DNA of 64,000 nt from the human T2T-CHM13v2.0 reference genome, Homo sapiens, in assembly GCA_009914755.4 (NCBI GenBank), contig CP086569.2, forward strand, positions 11,232,001 through 11,296,000, in the 5' to 3' direction. Of this stretch, positions 1 through 13,500 are shown piece by piece. The notes under the pieces are model-generated. The model did not search any database, was not told where the DNA came from, and saw only the letters and a program-made list of their open reading frames with translations. A program made the translations under genes and the position numbers. Every line of letters begins with the position of its first letter. Positions within the stretch are counted from its first letter, which is position 1.

Positions 1-3000
1 TTTCATCCCATTCTATTCCTCTCCATTTCACTCCACTCCACTGCACTCCTGTCCACTGCATTCCATTCCATTTCACTGCTTTCCATTCCATTCCTTTCCC
101 TCGAGATTATCTCACTCTGTCACCCAGCCTGGAGCACAGTGGCACAATCTCAGTCCCATTTCATTTCAACATTCCATTCCATTCCACTCCAATCCACTCC
201 ACTCCAATCCATTCCACTCCACTCCACTCCTCTCCATTCTAGTCCACTCCACTTCTTTCCATTCCATCTAATTCCAATCCACTCCTTTCCACTCCACTCC
301 ACTCCCCTCCATCCCGTTCCATTCCACTCCATTCCATTCCATTTCTTTATTTTGACAGTATCTCACTCTGTCACCCAGGCTTGTGTGCAGTGGCACAATC
401 TTAGCTCACATTTCGTTTCATCATTCCATTCACTCCACTCCAATCAATTTTACTCCACTCCACTTCAAACCATTTCATTCCATTCCATTCAAATCCACTC
501 CACTCCAGTCCGCTCCATTCAACTACACTCCACTCCACTTCACTCCATCCCATTCCACTCCACTCCATTGTACTCCACTCCACTCCAGTCCCCTCTAATC
601 CACTCCATTCCACTCCATTCCATTCCACTCCACTCCACTTCATTGACTCCACACAACAGCACTCCATTCCACTCTACTCCCCTCTACTCCACTCCACTCC
701 ACTCCATTCCATTTCATTCCGTTCCATTCCATTCCTTTCTTTCCACAGGATCTCACTATGTCAAAAAGGATGGAGTTCAGTGGTACAATCTCAGCTCACA
801 TTTTTTTCACCATTCCATTGCTTTCCATTTCATCCCATTCCATTCCACTCTATTTCACTCCACTCCACTCCACTCCTTTCCATTCCACTCCATTGCATTC
901 CATTCTATTGGATTTCACACCATTGCATTCCATTCCTTTCCTTAGACTGGATATCATGGTGTCACCCAGGCTGGAGTGTAGTGGCACAATCTCAGCTCGC
1001 ATTACATGTCAACTTTTCATTGCATTGCATTCTATTCCATTGCATATCATTGCAATCCATTCCAATGCATTCCATTCCATTCCATTCCTTTTCATTCAAT
1101 TCCATTCGTTTCCACTCCATTCCACTCCACTCCACTCCATTCCACTACTTTCCATTACATGTGATTCCATTGCACTCCATTCCACTCCTCTCTACTCCAC
1201 AGCACTCCACTCCACTCCATTCCACTACATCCCATTCCATTCCACTCCATTCCACTGCAATCCACAGCAACGCACTCCACTCCACTTCATTCCATTTCAT
1301 CCCATTCCATTCCATTCCCTTCCATTCAACTCCTTTCTTTCGACAGGATCTCTCTCTGTCACACAGGCTGTAGCGTAGTGGCACAATATCAACACACATT
1401 TCTTTTCAACATTCCATTCCATTCCATTCCATTCCATTCCATTACATTCCATTCCATTGCATTCCATTACATTACATTACATTACACTCAACTCCACTCC
1501 AATCCAGTCCACTCGCCTCCAATCCAATCCATTCCACTCGCCTCCAATCCAATCCATTCCACTCCACTCCATTCCATTTCACTCCACTCAACTCTATTCA
1601 TTCCACTCCACTCCACTCCAATCCAATCCATTCCACTCCACTCCATCCCACTCCACTCCACTCCACTCTGTTCCAATCCATTCCACTCCATTCCACTCTA
1701 TTCCAGTCCACTCCACTGTTTCACTCCACTGCATTCCAATCCACTCCACTCCAGTCCACTTCACTCCATTCCATTCCACTCCACTCCATTCCACTTCGCT
1801 CCACTCCACTCCACTCCTTTCCAATCCATTCCATTGCATTCCATTACACTCAACTGCATTCCATTCCTTTCCATTCCTCTCCACAAACCTCCACTCCACT
1901 CCATTCCATTCCATTCCACTCCATTCCATTCCTTTCTTTCCACAGGATCTCTCTCTGTCACAAAGGCTGGAATGCAGTGACACAATCTCAGCTCACATTT
2001 CTTTACACCATAACATTGCATTCCTTCCCATCCCTTTCCATTCCACTCTATTTCACGCCACTCCACTCCACTCCATTCTATTACATTCCATTTCACTCCA
2101 TTTAATTTCATTCCCTTCTTTTGACAGGATATCACTGTGTCCCCCAGGCTGGAATGCAGTGGCAAAATCTCAGCTGACATTACATGTCAACTTTCGATTG
2201 CATTTCATTGCTTCCGTTGCATTCCATTGCATTCCTTTCCATTCCATTCCCTTCCATTCCATTCCATTGCATTCCATTCCATTCCATTCCATTCCATTCC
2301 ATTCCATTCCTTTGCACTCCATTCCACTTCACTCAACTCCACTCCACTACATTCCATTATATATTATTCCATTACACTCCATTCCACTCCTCTCTACTCC
2401 ACTGCACTTCACTCCACTCCAATCCACTCCATCCCATTTCACTCCTCTCCATTGCCCTACACTCCAGTCCACCCCACTCCTCTCCACTTCATTCCGTTCA
2501 ATTCAATCCCATTCCATTCCACTACATTCCACTCCACTCCCCATCACTCCACTCCACTCCACTCCAATCCACTCCATTACATTCCATTACATTCCATTCA
2601 ACTACATTCCATTCCATTCCTTTCTTTTGAGAGTATCTCACTTTGTCATCCAGGCTGGAACTTAATGGCACAATCACAGCTCACATTTTATTTCACTATT
2701 CCATTCCATTCCATTCCATTCCATTCCATTCCATTCCATTCCATTCCATTCCATTCCATTCCATTCCCTTCCACTAAATTCCCTTCCATTTCTTTCCCTT
2801 TAGAGTACCTCACTCTGTCAACCATCCTGGAGCACAGTAGCAAATCTCAGGTCCCCTTTCATTTCACCATTCTATTGCATTCCATTCCACTCCACTCCTC
2901 CACTCCACTCCAATCCATTCCACTCCACTCCATTCCTCTCCATTCTAGTCCACTCCACTTCTTTCTATTCCAACTCATTCCAATCCACTCCTTTCCACTC

Positions 3001-5292
3001 CACTCCACTCCCCTCCATCCCATTCCATTCCCCTCCATTCCATTACATTCCTTTATTTTGACAGGATCTCACTCTGTCACACAGGCTTGTGTGCAGTGGC
3101 ACAATCTTAGCTCACATTTCATTTCACCATTCCATTCCATTCCATTCAATGGCATTTCGCTTCACTCCAGTCAATTTTATTCCACTCCACTCCACTCCAA
3201 ACAATTCCAGTCCATTCAATTCCAATCCACTCCACTCAACTCCAGTCTGCTCCATTCAACTCCACTCCACTCCACTTCACTCCATCCCATTCCTCTCCAC
3301 TCCATTCTCTCCACTCCACTCCAGTCCCCTCTACTCCACTCCACTCCATTCCGTTCCACTCCACTCCACTCCACTTCATTCAACTCCACTCCACTGCACT
3401 CCATTCCACTCTACTCCCCTCTACTCCACTCCACTCCATTCCATTCCATTCCATTCCATTCCATTCCTTTCTTTCCACAAGATCTCACTCTGTCATAAAG
3501 GATGGATTTCCATGGTACAATCTCAGCTCACATTTCTATTCACTATTCCATTGTGTTCAATTCCATTCTATTCCATTCCATTCCACTCTATTTCCCCTCA
3601 CTCCACTCCACTCCATTCCATTCCACTCCATCCAATTACATTAGACTCCAATCCACTCCACTCCATTCCACTCCGTTACATTACATTCCATTCGACTTCA
3701 CACCATTGCATTTCATTCCTTTCTTTCGACGGGATATCACAGTGTCAACCAGGCTGGAGTGCAGTGGCACAATCTCAGCTCGCATTACATGTCATCTTTC
3801 TATTGCATTCCATTCTGTTCCGTTGCATTCCATTCCATTCCATTCCATTCCATTCCATTCCATTCCACTCCACTCCATTCCACTCCACTCCACTCCACTC
3901 CACTCCACTCCACTCCACTCCACTCCACTCCATTCAATTCCATTCCATTCCATTCCATTCCATTCCATTCCATTCCATTCCATTCCATTCCATTCCACTC
4001 TATTCCATTCCATTCCATTCCACTCTATTCCATTCCATTCCTTTCTTTCGAGAGTATTTCAGTCTGTTACAAAGCCTAGAGTGCAGTGGCACAATCTCAG
4101 CTCACATTTCATTTCACCATTCCATTCCATTCCTTTCCATTCTATTCCATTCAATTCCATTCCATTTTACTCCATTCCCTCCACTCCACTCCACTCCACT
4201 CCACTACATTCCATTCCACTCCATTGCACTCCTCTCCACTCCACTGCACTCCAGTCCTCTCCATTCCACTCCATCCCATTCCACTCGGCTCCATTACACT
4301 GCACTCAAGTCCACCCCAATCCCCTCCACTTCATTCCATTCCATTCCATTCCATCCCATTCAATTTCACTCCATTGCATTCCATTCCTTCCTTTTGACAG
4401 GATATCACTGTGTCTCCCAGGCTGCTGCGCAGTGTCACAATCTCAGCTCACATTACATGTCAACTTTCCATTGTGTTGTGTTCTGTTCCATTGCATTCCA
4501 TTCTATTCCATTCCATTCCATTCCACTCCATTCTGTTCCATTCAATTCCATTCCATTCCACTTCGTTCCACTCCACTCCACTCTACTACATTCGATTACA
4601 TCCGATTCCATTCCACTTCATTCCACTCCTGTCCACTCCACTGCACTCCACTCCACTCCATTCCATTATATCCCATTCCATTCCACTCCATTCCACTCCA
4701 CTCCACTTCACTGCACTCCACTCCATTCCATTTCACTCCATCCCATTCCATTCGACTCCATTCCACTCCACTTCACTCCATTTCAATCCATTCCACTCCC
4801 TTCCATTCCTTTCCATTCCATTTCACTCCTTTGCATTCCATTTCTTTCTTTCGACAGGATAACACTCTTTCCCCCAGGCTGGAATGCAGTGGCACAATCT
4901 CATCTCACATTACATGCCAACTTTCAATTACATGGCATTATATTCCATTGCATTCCATTGCATTCCATTCCATTCCATTCCATAGCATTCCATTCCATTC
5001 CTTTTTTCGAGAGTATCTCACTGTGTCACCCAGCCTGGAGCGCAGTGGCATAATCTCAGCTCACATTTCATTTCACCATTCCATTCTACTCCATTCCTTT
5101 CCATTCCATTGGATTCCACTACACTACACTCCTCTCTTCTCCACTCCAATTGATTCTACTCCAATCCACTCCACTCGATTCCAGTCCACTCCACTCATTT
5201 CCATTCCATCCCATTCCATTCCACTCCTTTCCACTCCACTCCACGCTACTCCAGTCCTCTCCATTCCATTCCACTCCATTCCATCCCATTCC

Positions 5293-5360
5293 TTTCTTTT
5301 GACAGGATCTCCCTCTGTCACCCAAGCTGGTGTGCAGTGGCTCAATCTCAACTCAATTTC
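5293..5360 (-). repeat. Alu-derived fragment (antisense Alu 3' terminus, ~65 bp) embedded in the satellite. Representative of roughly 100 such copies in 1-29836
   Basis: The sequence tttcttttgacaggatctccctctgtcacccaagctggtgtgcagtggctcaatctcaactc is the reverse complement of the Alu right-arm 3' end (…GAGCCGAGATCGCGCCACTGCACTCCAGCCTGGGCGACAGAGCGAGACTCCGTCTCAAAA). Every copy in the array has the same start and end points and the same orientation. Confidence 0.8.
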
Positions 5361-7506
5361 ATTTCACCATTCCATTCCATTCCATTCCATTCCATTCCAT
5401 TCCATTCCATTCCATTCCATTCCATTCCACTGCACTCCACTCCATGCCATTCAATTCCACTCCACTCCACTTCAGTACATTCCATTCCATTACATTCCAA
5501 TCCCTTCTATTCCACTCCTTTCTTTTGACAGGATCTTCTTCTGTCACGTGGGCTGTAGCTTAGTGGCACAATCTCAGCACACATTTTTTTTTTCGCCATT
5601 CGATTGTGTTCTGTTCGTTTCCGTTCCATTCCGTTCCATTATATTCTGCTCCGTTCCACTTCACTCCCTTAAACTTCATTCCAATCAATTCCATTCCACT
5701 CCACTCCACTCCACTCCATTCCAGTCTACTCCATTCCACTCCACTCCAATCCAATCCACTCCTCTCCACTCCATTCAATTCCACACGATTCCACTGCACT
5801 CCTCTCCACACCACTCCACTCCACTGCACTCCATTCCACTGCACTCCATTCCACTCCACTCCAGTCCACTCCACTCCACTGCCTTCCATTCCACTCCACT
5901 CCACTCCATTCCACTGCACTCCATTTCACTCCACTCCCTTCCACTCTACTCCACTCCACTTCATTCCATTCCAAGTCATTCCATTCCATTCCTTTCTTTC
6001 CACCGGATCTCTCTCTGTCACAAAGGCTGTAGTGCAGTTGCACAATCTAACCTCTCCTATCTTTACACCATTCCATTGCATTCCATTCCATCCCTTTCCA
6101 TTCCACTCTATTTCACTCCACTCCACTGCACTCTATCCCATTTCTCTCCATTCCATGCCATTCGACTCCAATCCACTCCACTCCACTCAACTCCATTCCA
6201 TTCCATTCTATTCCATTCCATTTCACTCCATTGCATTCCCTTCCTTTCTTTTGACAAGATATCACTGTGTCACACAGGTTGGAGTGCAGTGGCACAATCT
6301 CAGCTTACATTATGTGTCAACTTACATTTCATTGCATTCTATTCAATTGCATTCCATTGCATTCCATTCCATTCCATTCCATTTTGTTCCATTCCATTTC
6401 ATTCAATTCCATTCCATTCCACTCCGTTCCACTCCACTCCACTAAACTCAACTACATTCCATTACATCTGATTCCATTCCACTCCATTCTAATCCTCTCC
6501 ACTCCACTGCACTCCATTCCACTCCATCCCACTCCATTCGGCTCCATTCCACTGCACTCCTCTCAACTCCAATCCACTCCACTTCATACCACTCCATTCC
6601 ATCCCATTCCATTCCTCTCCATTCCTCTCCAATCCACTTCACTCCTCTCAACTCCACTCCAGTCCACTCCATTTCATTGCATTCCATTCAATTCCATTCC
6701 ACTCCCTTCCATTCCTTTCCTTTCTTTCGACAGTATCTCACTCTGTTACCAAGCCTAGAGCCCAGTGGCACAATCTCAGCTCACATTTAATTTCACCATT
6801 CCATTCCATTCCATTTCATTAAATTCCATTCCATTCCACTCCGTTCCACTCCACTCCACTACATTCCATTCCAATCCATTCCACTCCTCTCCACTCCACT
6901 CCATTACCCTCCATCCCATTCCGTTCAGTTCCATTCCACTGCACTCCACTCCTCCCCAATCCACTCCACTTCTTTCCATTCCATTACATCCCATTCCTTT
7001 CCTCTCCATTCCACTCCAATCCACTTCTCTCCACTCCACTGCACTCCAGTCCACTCCATTTCATTGAATTCCATTCCATTCCCTTCCATTCCATTCCTTT
7101 CTTTCTAGAGTACCTCACTCTGTTACCAAGCCTAGAGCTCAGCGGCACAATCTCAGCTCACATTTCATTTCACCATTCCATTCCATTACGTTCCATTCTA
7201 TTCCATTAAACTCCATTCCATTCCACTCCGTTCCACTCCACTCCACTCCACTCAACTACATTCCATTACATCCGATTCCATTCCACTCCATTTCATTCCT
7301 CTCCACTCCCCTACACTCCATTTCACTCCATCCCATTCCATTCGGTTCCATTCCACTGCACTCCACTCCAGCCCAATCCACTCCATTTCATTCTATTCCA
7401 TTCCATTCCATCCCATTCCATTCCTCTCCATTCCACTCCAATCCACATCACTCCACTCCACTCCACTCCATTCGATTCCATTCCAATCCATTCCATTCCA
7501 TTCCGT
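5293..7506 (+). repeat. One copy of the ~2.2 kb higher-order repeat of the satellite, delimited by successive type-A Alu-fragment landmarks. Internal order is A(5293-5360), D(5519-5592), C(5993-6060), B(6243-6325), E(6721-6800), E'(7098-7175)
   Basis: Successive occurrences of the variant 'ggctggtgtgcagtggctcaatc' (type A) lie at about 5290, 7510, 10030, 12545, 15525, 17635, 20115, 22095, 24755 and 28205. In most copies, type D ('ggctgtagc(a/t)tagtggcacaatctcagcacacatttcttttcacc') follows type A by 180-230 bp. Next comes type C ('tttctttccacaggatctctctctgtcacaaaggctg.agtgcag'), then type B ('gatatcactgtgtcacccaggctggagtgcagtggcacaatctcagctcacattacatgtcaac'), then type E ('gagagtatctcactctgt.acc.agcctggagc.cagtggca'). 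Confidence 0.7.
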
Positions 7507-10500
7507 TCTTTTGACAGGATCTCACTCTGTCATCCAGGCTGGTGTGCAGTGGCTCAATCCCAGCTCACATTTCCTTTCAGCATTCCATTCCATTCCATTG
7601 CACTGCACTCCACTCCATGCCACTCAATTCCACTCCACTCCACTTCAGTCCATTCCATTCCATTACATTCCAATCCCTTCTATTCCCCTCCTTTCTTTTG
7701 ACAGAATCTCCCTCTGTCACATGGGCTGTAGCTTAGTGGTACAATCTCAGCACACATCTCTTTTCACCATTCCATTGTGTTCCATTCCGTTTTGTTCTAT
7801 TCCGTTCCATTCCGTTCTGCTTCGTTCCACTCCACTCCCCTACAGTCCATTCCACTCCATGCCACTCCACTCCACTCCATTCCAATCTACTCTATTCCAC
7901 TCCACTCCACTCCAATCCACTCCTCTCCACTCGATTCCATTCCACGCAATTCCACTGCACTCCACCCCATCCCACTCCACTCCACTCCACTGCACTTCTT
8001 TCCACTCCATTTCTGTCCACTCCACTCCACTCCATTGCATTCTATTCCACCCCACTCGAATCCATTCCACTCCACTCCATTTCACTCCACTCCATTCCAC
8101 TCCACTCCACTCCATTCCACTCCACTCCATTCCATTCAACACCATTCCATTCCATTTCTTTCTTTCCACTGGATCTCTCTCTTTCACAAAGGCTGTAGTA
8201 CAGGGGCAAAATCTAAGCTTACCTATCTTTACACCATTCCGTTGTATTCCATTCCATCCCATTCCATTCCACTCTCTTTCACTCCACCCCACTCCACTCC
8301 ACTCTATCCCATTTCAATCCATTCCATGCCATTCTACTCCAATCCACTCCATTCCACTCAATTCCATTCCATTGCTCTCCATTGCATTCCATTCCTTTCT
8401 TTCAACAAGATATCACTGTGTCACCCCAGTTGGAGTGCAGTGGCACAATCTCAGCTCACATTACCTGTTAACATTCCATTACATTGCCTTCTATTTAATT
8501 GCATTCCTTTGCTTTCCATTCTATTCCATTCCATTCCATTCTAGTCCATTAAATCCCATTCCATTCCACTCCGTTCCACTCCATTCCACTCCACTACATT
8601 CCATTGCAATCCATTCCACTCCTCTCCACTCCACTCCACTCCACTCCATTACCCTCCATCCCATTCCTTTCGGTTCCATTCCTCTGCACTCCACTCCACC
8701 CCAATCCACTCCACTTCATTACATTCCATTACATCCCATTCCATTCCTCTCCATTCCCCTCCAATCCACTTCACTCCACTCCACTGCTGTCCACTCTATT
8801 TCATTGCATTCCATTGCATTCCATTCTAATCCATTCCATTCCATTCCTTTCTTTTGAAAGTATCTCACTCTGTTCCCAAGCCTAGAATGCAGTGGCACAA
8901 TCGCAGCTTACATTTCATTTCACCATTCCATTCCATTCTATTCCATTAAATTCCATTCCATTCTACTCCTTTCCAGTCCACTCCACTCCACTACATTCCA
9001 TTCCAATCCATTCCACTCCTCTCCACTCCACTTCACTCAACTCCACTCCATTACCCTCCATCCCATTCCATTCGGTTCCATTCCACTGCACACCATTCCA
9101 CCCCAATCCACTCCACTTCATTCCATTCCATTACATCCCATTCCATTCCATTCTATTCCATTCATCTCCACTCCATACCAATCCATTCCACTCCATTCCA
9201 GTCCACTCCTCTCCATTCCGTTCCATTCCATCCCATTCCATTCCACTCCGTTCCAGTACACTCCATTCCACTCCACTCCACTCCACTCCATTCCACTCCA
9301 CTCCACTCCACTAAATTCCACTCCACTCCATTCCATTCTATTCCATTTCACTCCATTGCATTCCATTCCTTACTTTAGACAGGATATCATTGTGTCACCC
9401 ATGCTTGAGTGCAGTGGCACAATCTCAGCTCACACTACATGTCAACATTCCATTGCATTGCATTCTATTGCATTGCATTGAATTCCATTCCATTCCATTC
9501 AATTGTATTAAATTCCATTCCGTTCTACTCCACTCCACAATTTTTCATTACTTCTGATTCCATTCCACTCCATTCCACTCCTCTCCACCCCACTGCACAC
9601 CACTCCACTCCATTCCAGTCAATCCCTTTCCATTCCGCTCCATTCCACTTCACTCCACTCCACCCAACTCCACTCCAATTCATTTCATTCCTTTCCATCC
9701 CTTTCCAGTCCTCTCCATTCCACTCTACTCCACTGCACTCCATTCCACTCTACGGCAGTCCACTCCATTAAATTCCATTCCCTTGCATTCCCTTCCTTTC
9801 CTTTCTTTTGAGAGTATCTCATTCTGTCACCCAACCTGGAGCGCAATGGCACAAACTCCATTCACATTTCATTACCATGCCGTTCCACTCCATTCCATTC
9901 CATTCCATTCCATTTCATACCATTTCATTCCATTCCACTCCTTACCTCTCCACTCCAGTCTACTCCACTCCACTCCATTCCATTCCATTCCATTCTACTC
10001 CTTTCCATTCCATTCCTTTCTTTTGACAGGATCTCACTCTGTCATTCATGCTGGTGTGCATTGGCACAATCTCAACTCGTATTTCATTTCACCATTCCAT
10101 TCCATTCCACTGCACTCCACTCCAACCCACTGAATTCCACTCCACTCCCCTCCACTCCACTCCACTCCATTCCACTCCACTACACTCCCCTACACTCCAA
10201 TCCACTCCATTCCACTTTACTCCACCCCACTCCTTTACACTACACTCCACTCTACCCCACTTCACTCCAATCCACTCCTCTCCATTCCATTCCATTACAC
10301 TCCATTCCATTCCATTCTTTCTTTCTACAGGATCTCACTCTGTCACAAATTCTGGAGTGCAATGGCACAATCGCAGCTCACATTTCTTTTCACCATTCCG
10401 TTGCAATAAATTCCATTCCATTCCTTTCTTTCTACAAGATCTCACTCTGTCACAAAGGCTGGAATGCACTCTCACAATCTCAGCTCACATTACTTTTCAC

Positions 10501-13500
10501 CATTCCATTCCATTGCATTCCATTCCATCCATTGCATTCCACTCTATTTCACTCCACTCCACTCTGTTCCACTCCATTCCATTCCATGCCACTCCACTCC
10601 ACTCCAATCTTCTTCTCTCCCTACCTCTGGATTCCTTTCCACTCTATTCCATTCCATTCCACTCCACTCCACTACATTCCACTCCAATAAACTCCATTCC
10701 ATGCCACTCCACTCCATTCCATTCCACTTCACTCCATTCCATTCATTTCCGTTCCATTCCTCTCCATTCCATTCCACTCTACTCCATTCCATTATATTCC
10801 ACTCCACTCCATTCCCGTCCACTCCACTCAACTCCACTCCATTCCATTCCTTTCGATTCCATTCCAATCCACTCCTCCCCACTCCATTCCTTTCCATTCC
10901 ATTCCATTACATTCCATTACATTACATTATATTACATTACATTATATTACATTACATTACACTCTACTCCACTCCACTCTACTCCATTCCACTCCACTCT
11001 ACTCCACTTTACTCCACTCCACTTCATGTCATTCCACTCCATTCTATTCCATTCCTTTCTTTCCACAGGAACTCCCTCTTTAACAAAGGCCGGAGTGCAG
11101 TTGAACAATCTCAGCTCACATTTCTTTCCAACTTTCCACTGTATTCCATTCCATCCCTTTCCATTCCACTCTATTTCACTCCACTCCACTCCACTCCTCT
11201 CTACTGCATTCCATTCCACTCCATCCCATTCCATTCGACTCCTTTCCACTCCACTGCACTCCACTCCACTCCATTCCACCCCACTCAATTCCCCTCCACT
11301 CCACTCTATTCCATTCCACTCTACTCCAGTGCATTCCACTCCACCCCACTCCATTCCATTCCATTCTACTCCACTCCATTCCACTCCACTCCACTCCGTT
11401 CCCTTATACTCCACTCCACTCCATTCCCGTCGACTCCACACAACTCCACTCCATTCAATTCCTTTCAATTCCATTCCACTCCACTCCTCCCTACTCCATT
11501 CCATTCCATTCCATTTCATTCTATTACATTACATTACATTCCACTCTACTCCACTCCACTCTACTCCATTCCACTCCATTCCAGTCCACTCCACTCCACT
11601 CGACTCCACTGCACTCTACTCCACTCCACTCCATTCCATTCCACACCATTCCATTCCATTCCTTTCTTTCCGCAGGAACTCTCTCTTTCACAAAAAGTCA
11701 GGGGTGCAGGGGCGCAATCTCAGCTCACATTTCTTTCCAACATTCCATTGCATTCCATTCCATCCCTTTTCATTCCACTCTATTTCTTTCCACTCTACTC
11801 TTTTGCACTCCATTTTATTCCACTCCACCCCATTCAATTCGACTTCATTCCCGTCTATTCTACTCCACTCCACTCCATTCCACCCCACTCAATTAACCTC
11901 CGCTCCACTCCATTTCATTCCACTCCAATCCAGAGCGTTCCACTCCAATCCAGAGCGTTCCACTCCACCCCACTCCCTTCCATTCCATTCTACTCCATTC
12001 CATTCCACTCCACTCCACTCCATTCCACTCCTCTCCACTCCATTCCACTCTATCTCACTCCTTTCCACTCCACTCCACTCCATTCCATTCCACTTTACTC
12101 CATTCCATTCCATTCCATTCCATTCCATTCCATTCCATTCCAATGCACTCCACTCCTCTTCATTCCCTTCCATGCCATCCCATTCCCTTCCTTTCCGTTC
12201 CACTCCACTCTACTTCACTCCACTCGCCTCAACTCCAGTTCACTCCATTCCATTCCATTCCACTGCATTCCATTCCTTTTCTTTCTTTGGAGAGTATCTC
12301 ACTCTGTAATCCACCCTGGAGTGCAGTGGCACAATCTCAGCTCACATTTCATTTCACCACTCCGTTCCCTTCCATTCAATTCCAATCCACTCCTCTCCAC
12401 TCCACTCCAATCCATTCCACTCCACTCCACACCACTCCATTCCAGTCCACTCTACTTTTTTGCATTCCATCCCTTTCCATTCCAGTCCTTTCCACCCCTC
12501 TCCACTCCATTTCATTTCATTCCATTCCATTCCATTCCATTCCTTTCTTTTGACAAGATCTCACACTGACACCCAGACTGGCGTGCAGCTGCACAATCTC
12601 AGCTCACATTTCCTTTCACCATTCCATTCCATTCCATTCCATTCTCTTCCATTCTATTCCATTCCACGGCACTCCACCCCAGTCCACTCAATTCCACTAC
12701 ACTACACTCCAATCCATGCCGTTCCATTTCATTCCAATCCCTTCAATTACACTCCTTTCTTTTGACAGGATCTCCCTCTGTCCCACAGGCTGTAGCATAG
12801 TGGCACAATTTCAGCACACATTTCTTTTCACCATTCTATTCCATTCCATTCTTTTCCATTCCATTCCATTCCATTCCTCTCCACTCCATTCCACTCCACT
12901 CCACTCCATTCCACTCCACTCCATTCCTCTCCACTCCACTCAATTCCATTCCAATCCACTCCACTCCACTCCAATCCACTACACTCCATTCCACTGCACT
13001 CCTCTCCATTCCACTCAATTCTACTCCACTCCATTCCACTCCACTCAACTCCACTCCATGCCATTTCACTCCACTCCACTCCAGTCCACTCCACTCCATT
13101 CCATTCTACTCCTCTCCACTCCAATCCATTCCACTCCATTCCACTCCTCTCAACTCCACTCCATGCCATTTCACTCCACTCCACTCCAGTCCACTCCACT
13201 CCATTCCATTCTACTCCTCTCCACTCCAATCCATTCCACTCCAGTCCACTCCATTCCATTCCACTCCACTCCACTGCACTCCATCCACTCGATTTCATTC
13301 CATTCCACTCCATTCCATTCCATTATGTTCTTTCCACAGGATCTCACTCTGCCATAAAGGCTGGAGTGCAGTGGCACAATCTCATCTCACATTTCTTTTC
13401 ACCATTCCATTTCATTTCATTCCATTCCATCCCTTTCTATTCTGCTCTATTTCACTCCACTCCACTCCACTCTACTCGACTCCATTCCATTCCACTCCAT